From Carcharhinus amblyrhynchos (lineage: Eukaryota): a stretch of DNA of 64,000 bases. Both the position numbers and the translations under genes were made by a program. Where the stretch lies: NCBI GenBank assembly GCA_965287045.1, contig OZ336876.1, positions 54,188,001-54,252,000 of the forward strand, in the 5' to 3' direction. The notes below the pieces were generated by a model. The model had not been told where the DNA came from. It was given only the letters and a program-made list of their open reading frames with translations, and did no database searches. Of the stretch, positions 63,281 to 64,000 are shown one piece after another; positions within the stretch are counted from its first letter, which is position 1, and the number at the start of each line of letters is the position of its first letter.

Positions 63281-64000
63281 AAACAACTTTGTTCTTTCAC
63301 GGAACTTCAGTGATTCTGTTTTTCTTCATTCAACCACATGGTGTTTCTGAACAAGACCATCAAATCGCACTCAATTGTAAACAATTTAGTTCTGTAGTTC
63401 TACAGCACTGCAGTTGGAGTTGAGATGAAGCTACAATTTTCTAGCTGGTATCACTACCTATTTCTGGAAACTTTGAAATTAAATGATATTCACAAATTAC
63501 TTGCATGGGACGTTTTTACATCTGACATAATCCAACCCTCTGGTCGGATTGTTAATGCATTTGCCTTAAGGTAAATGACATTTAAAGTGAATCTGAGTTA
63601 TTTTTCATCAAATTATCTCCTATGAAAATGTTGTAAATGTAACGTAGTGATTATTTACTGGGAGGTTCCACAAAATAATACAATAAAATTGTGTTATATT
63701 TAGTTGGTTATTTCCTAAAATATGAAAAGTAAGAATTTTAAGAAATTCTTGCGTAATCAGAACTTGTGAAAAAGACGTGTCTTGTAAATGTTGATTTGAT
63801 ATCTAATGTTATGGGTATGTGAACCATCTAACTAGGAAATCTGTGATTTTTTTTTCAACCATTCGTTTGGCTTCTCATGTCAGGAGCAATAAGTCATTTT
63901 CTAGGTTAACATCTTTAACTGTTGGTATCATTTTATAGCTTGCTGTTTTTCAGCAAGAAGCATTTCTCCCTCAACAGTTTTACTTCCCGTTTCATCTTGA

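Noticed and set aside
23496-64000. Search for the terminal MSRA exon (FYYAEDYHQQYL...GYCGLGGTG)
   Set aside because: Not found by eye; it presumably lies beyond the window.

Overview
Eukaryotic genomic DNA, about 40% GC by eye. The repeat families (HE1-like V-SINEs, SacSINE1-like Deu-SINEs, CR1, L2, RTE, Rex1/Babar, L1-like and Penelope elements) point to an elasmobranch, probably a shark. The whole window appears to lie inside one large + strand gene, methionine sulfoxide reductase A (MSRA). Two internal coding exons are visible (12157-12261 and 23389-23495, matching the human 105-nt and 107-nt exons); I found no other MSRA exon. The rest is intron: decayed transposons and repeat-free blocks that look like regulatory elements. 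Nearly all ORFs in the supplied track are spurious or transposon relics. Four unusual signals stand out. (1) A recurrent class of locally templated insertions: 50-280 bp pieces copied from within about 2 kb, in either orientation, some chained together, two starting with an 11-nt snap-back hairpin. This looks like a frequent germline template-switch repair signature. (2) Penelope-element ends carrying minimal hammerhead ribozyme motifs, one with an intact catalytic core in the sense orientation of the MSRA pre-mRNA. (3) A 28S rRNA fragment with a target-site duplication nested inside a MITE. (4) A minisatellite derived from a CR1 reverse-transcriptase motif. Family names come from recalled consensus features rather than database searches, and repeat boundaries are approximate.
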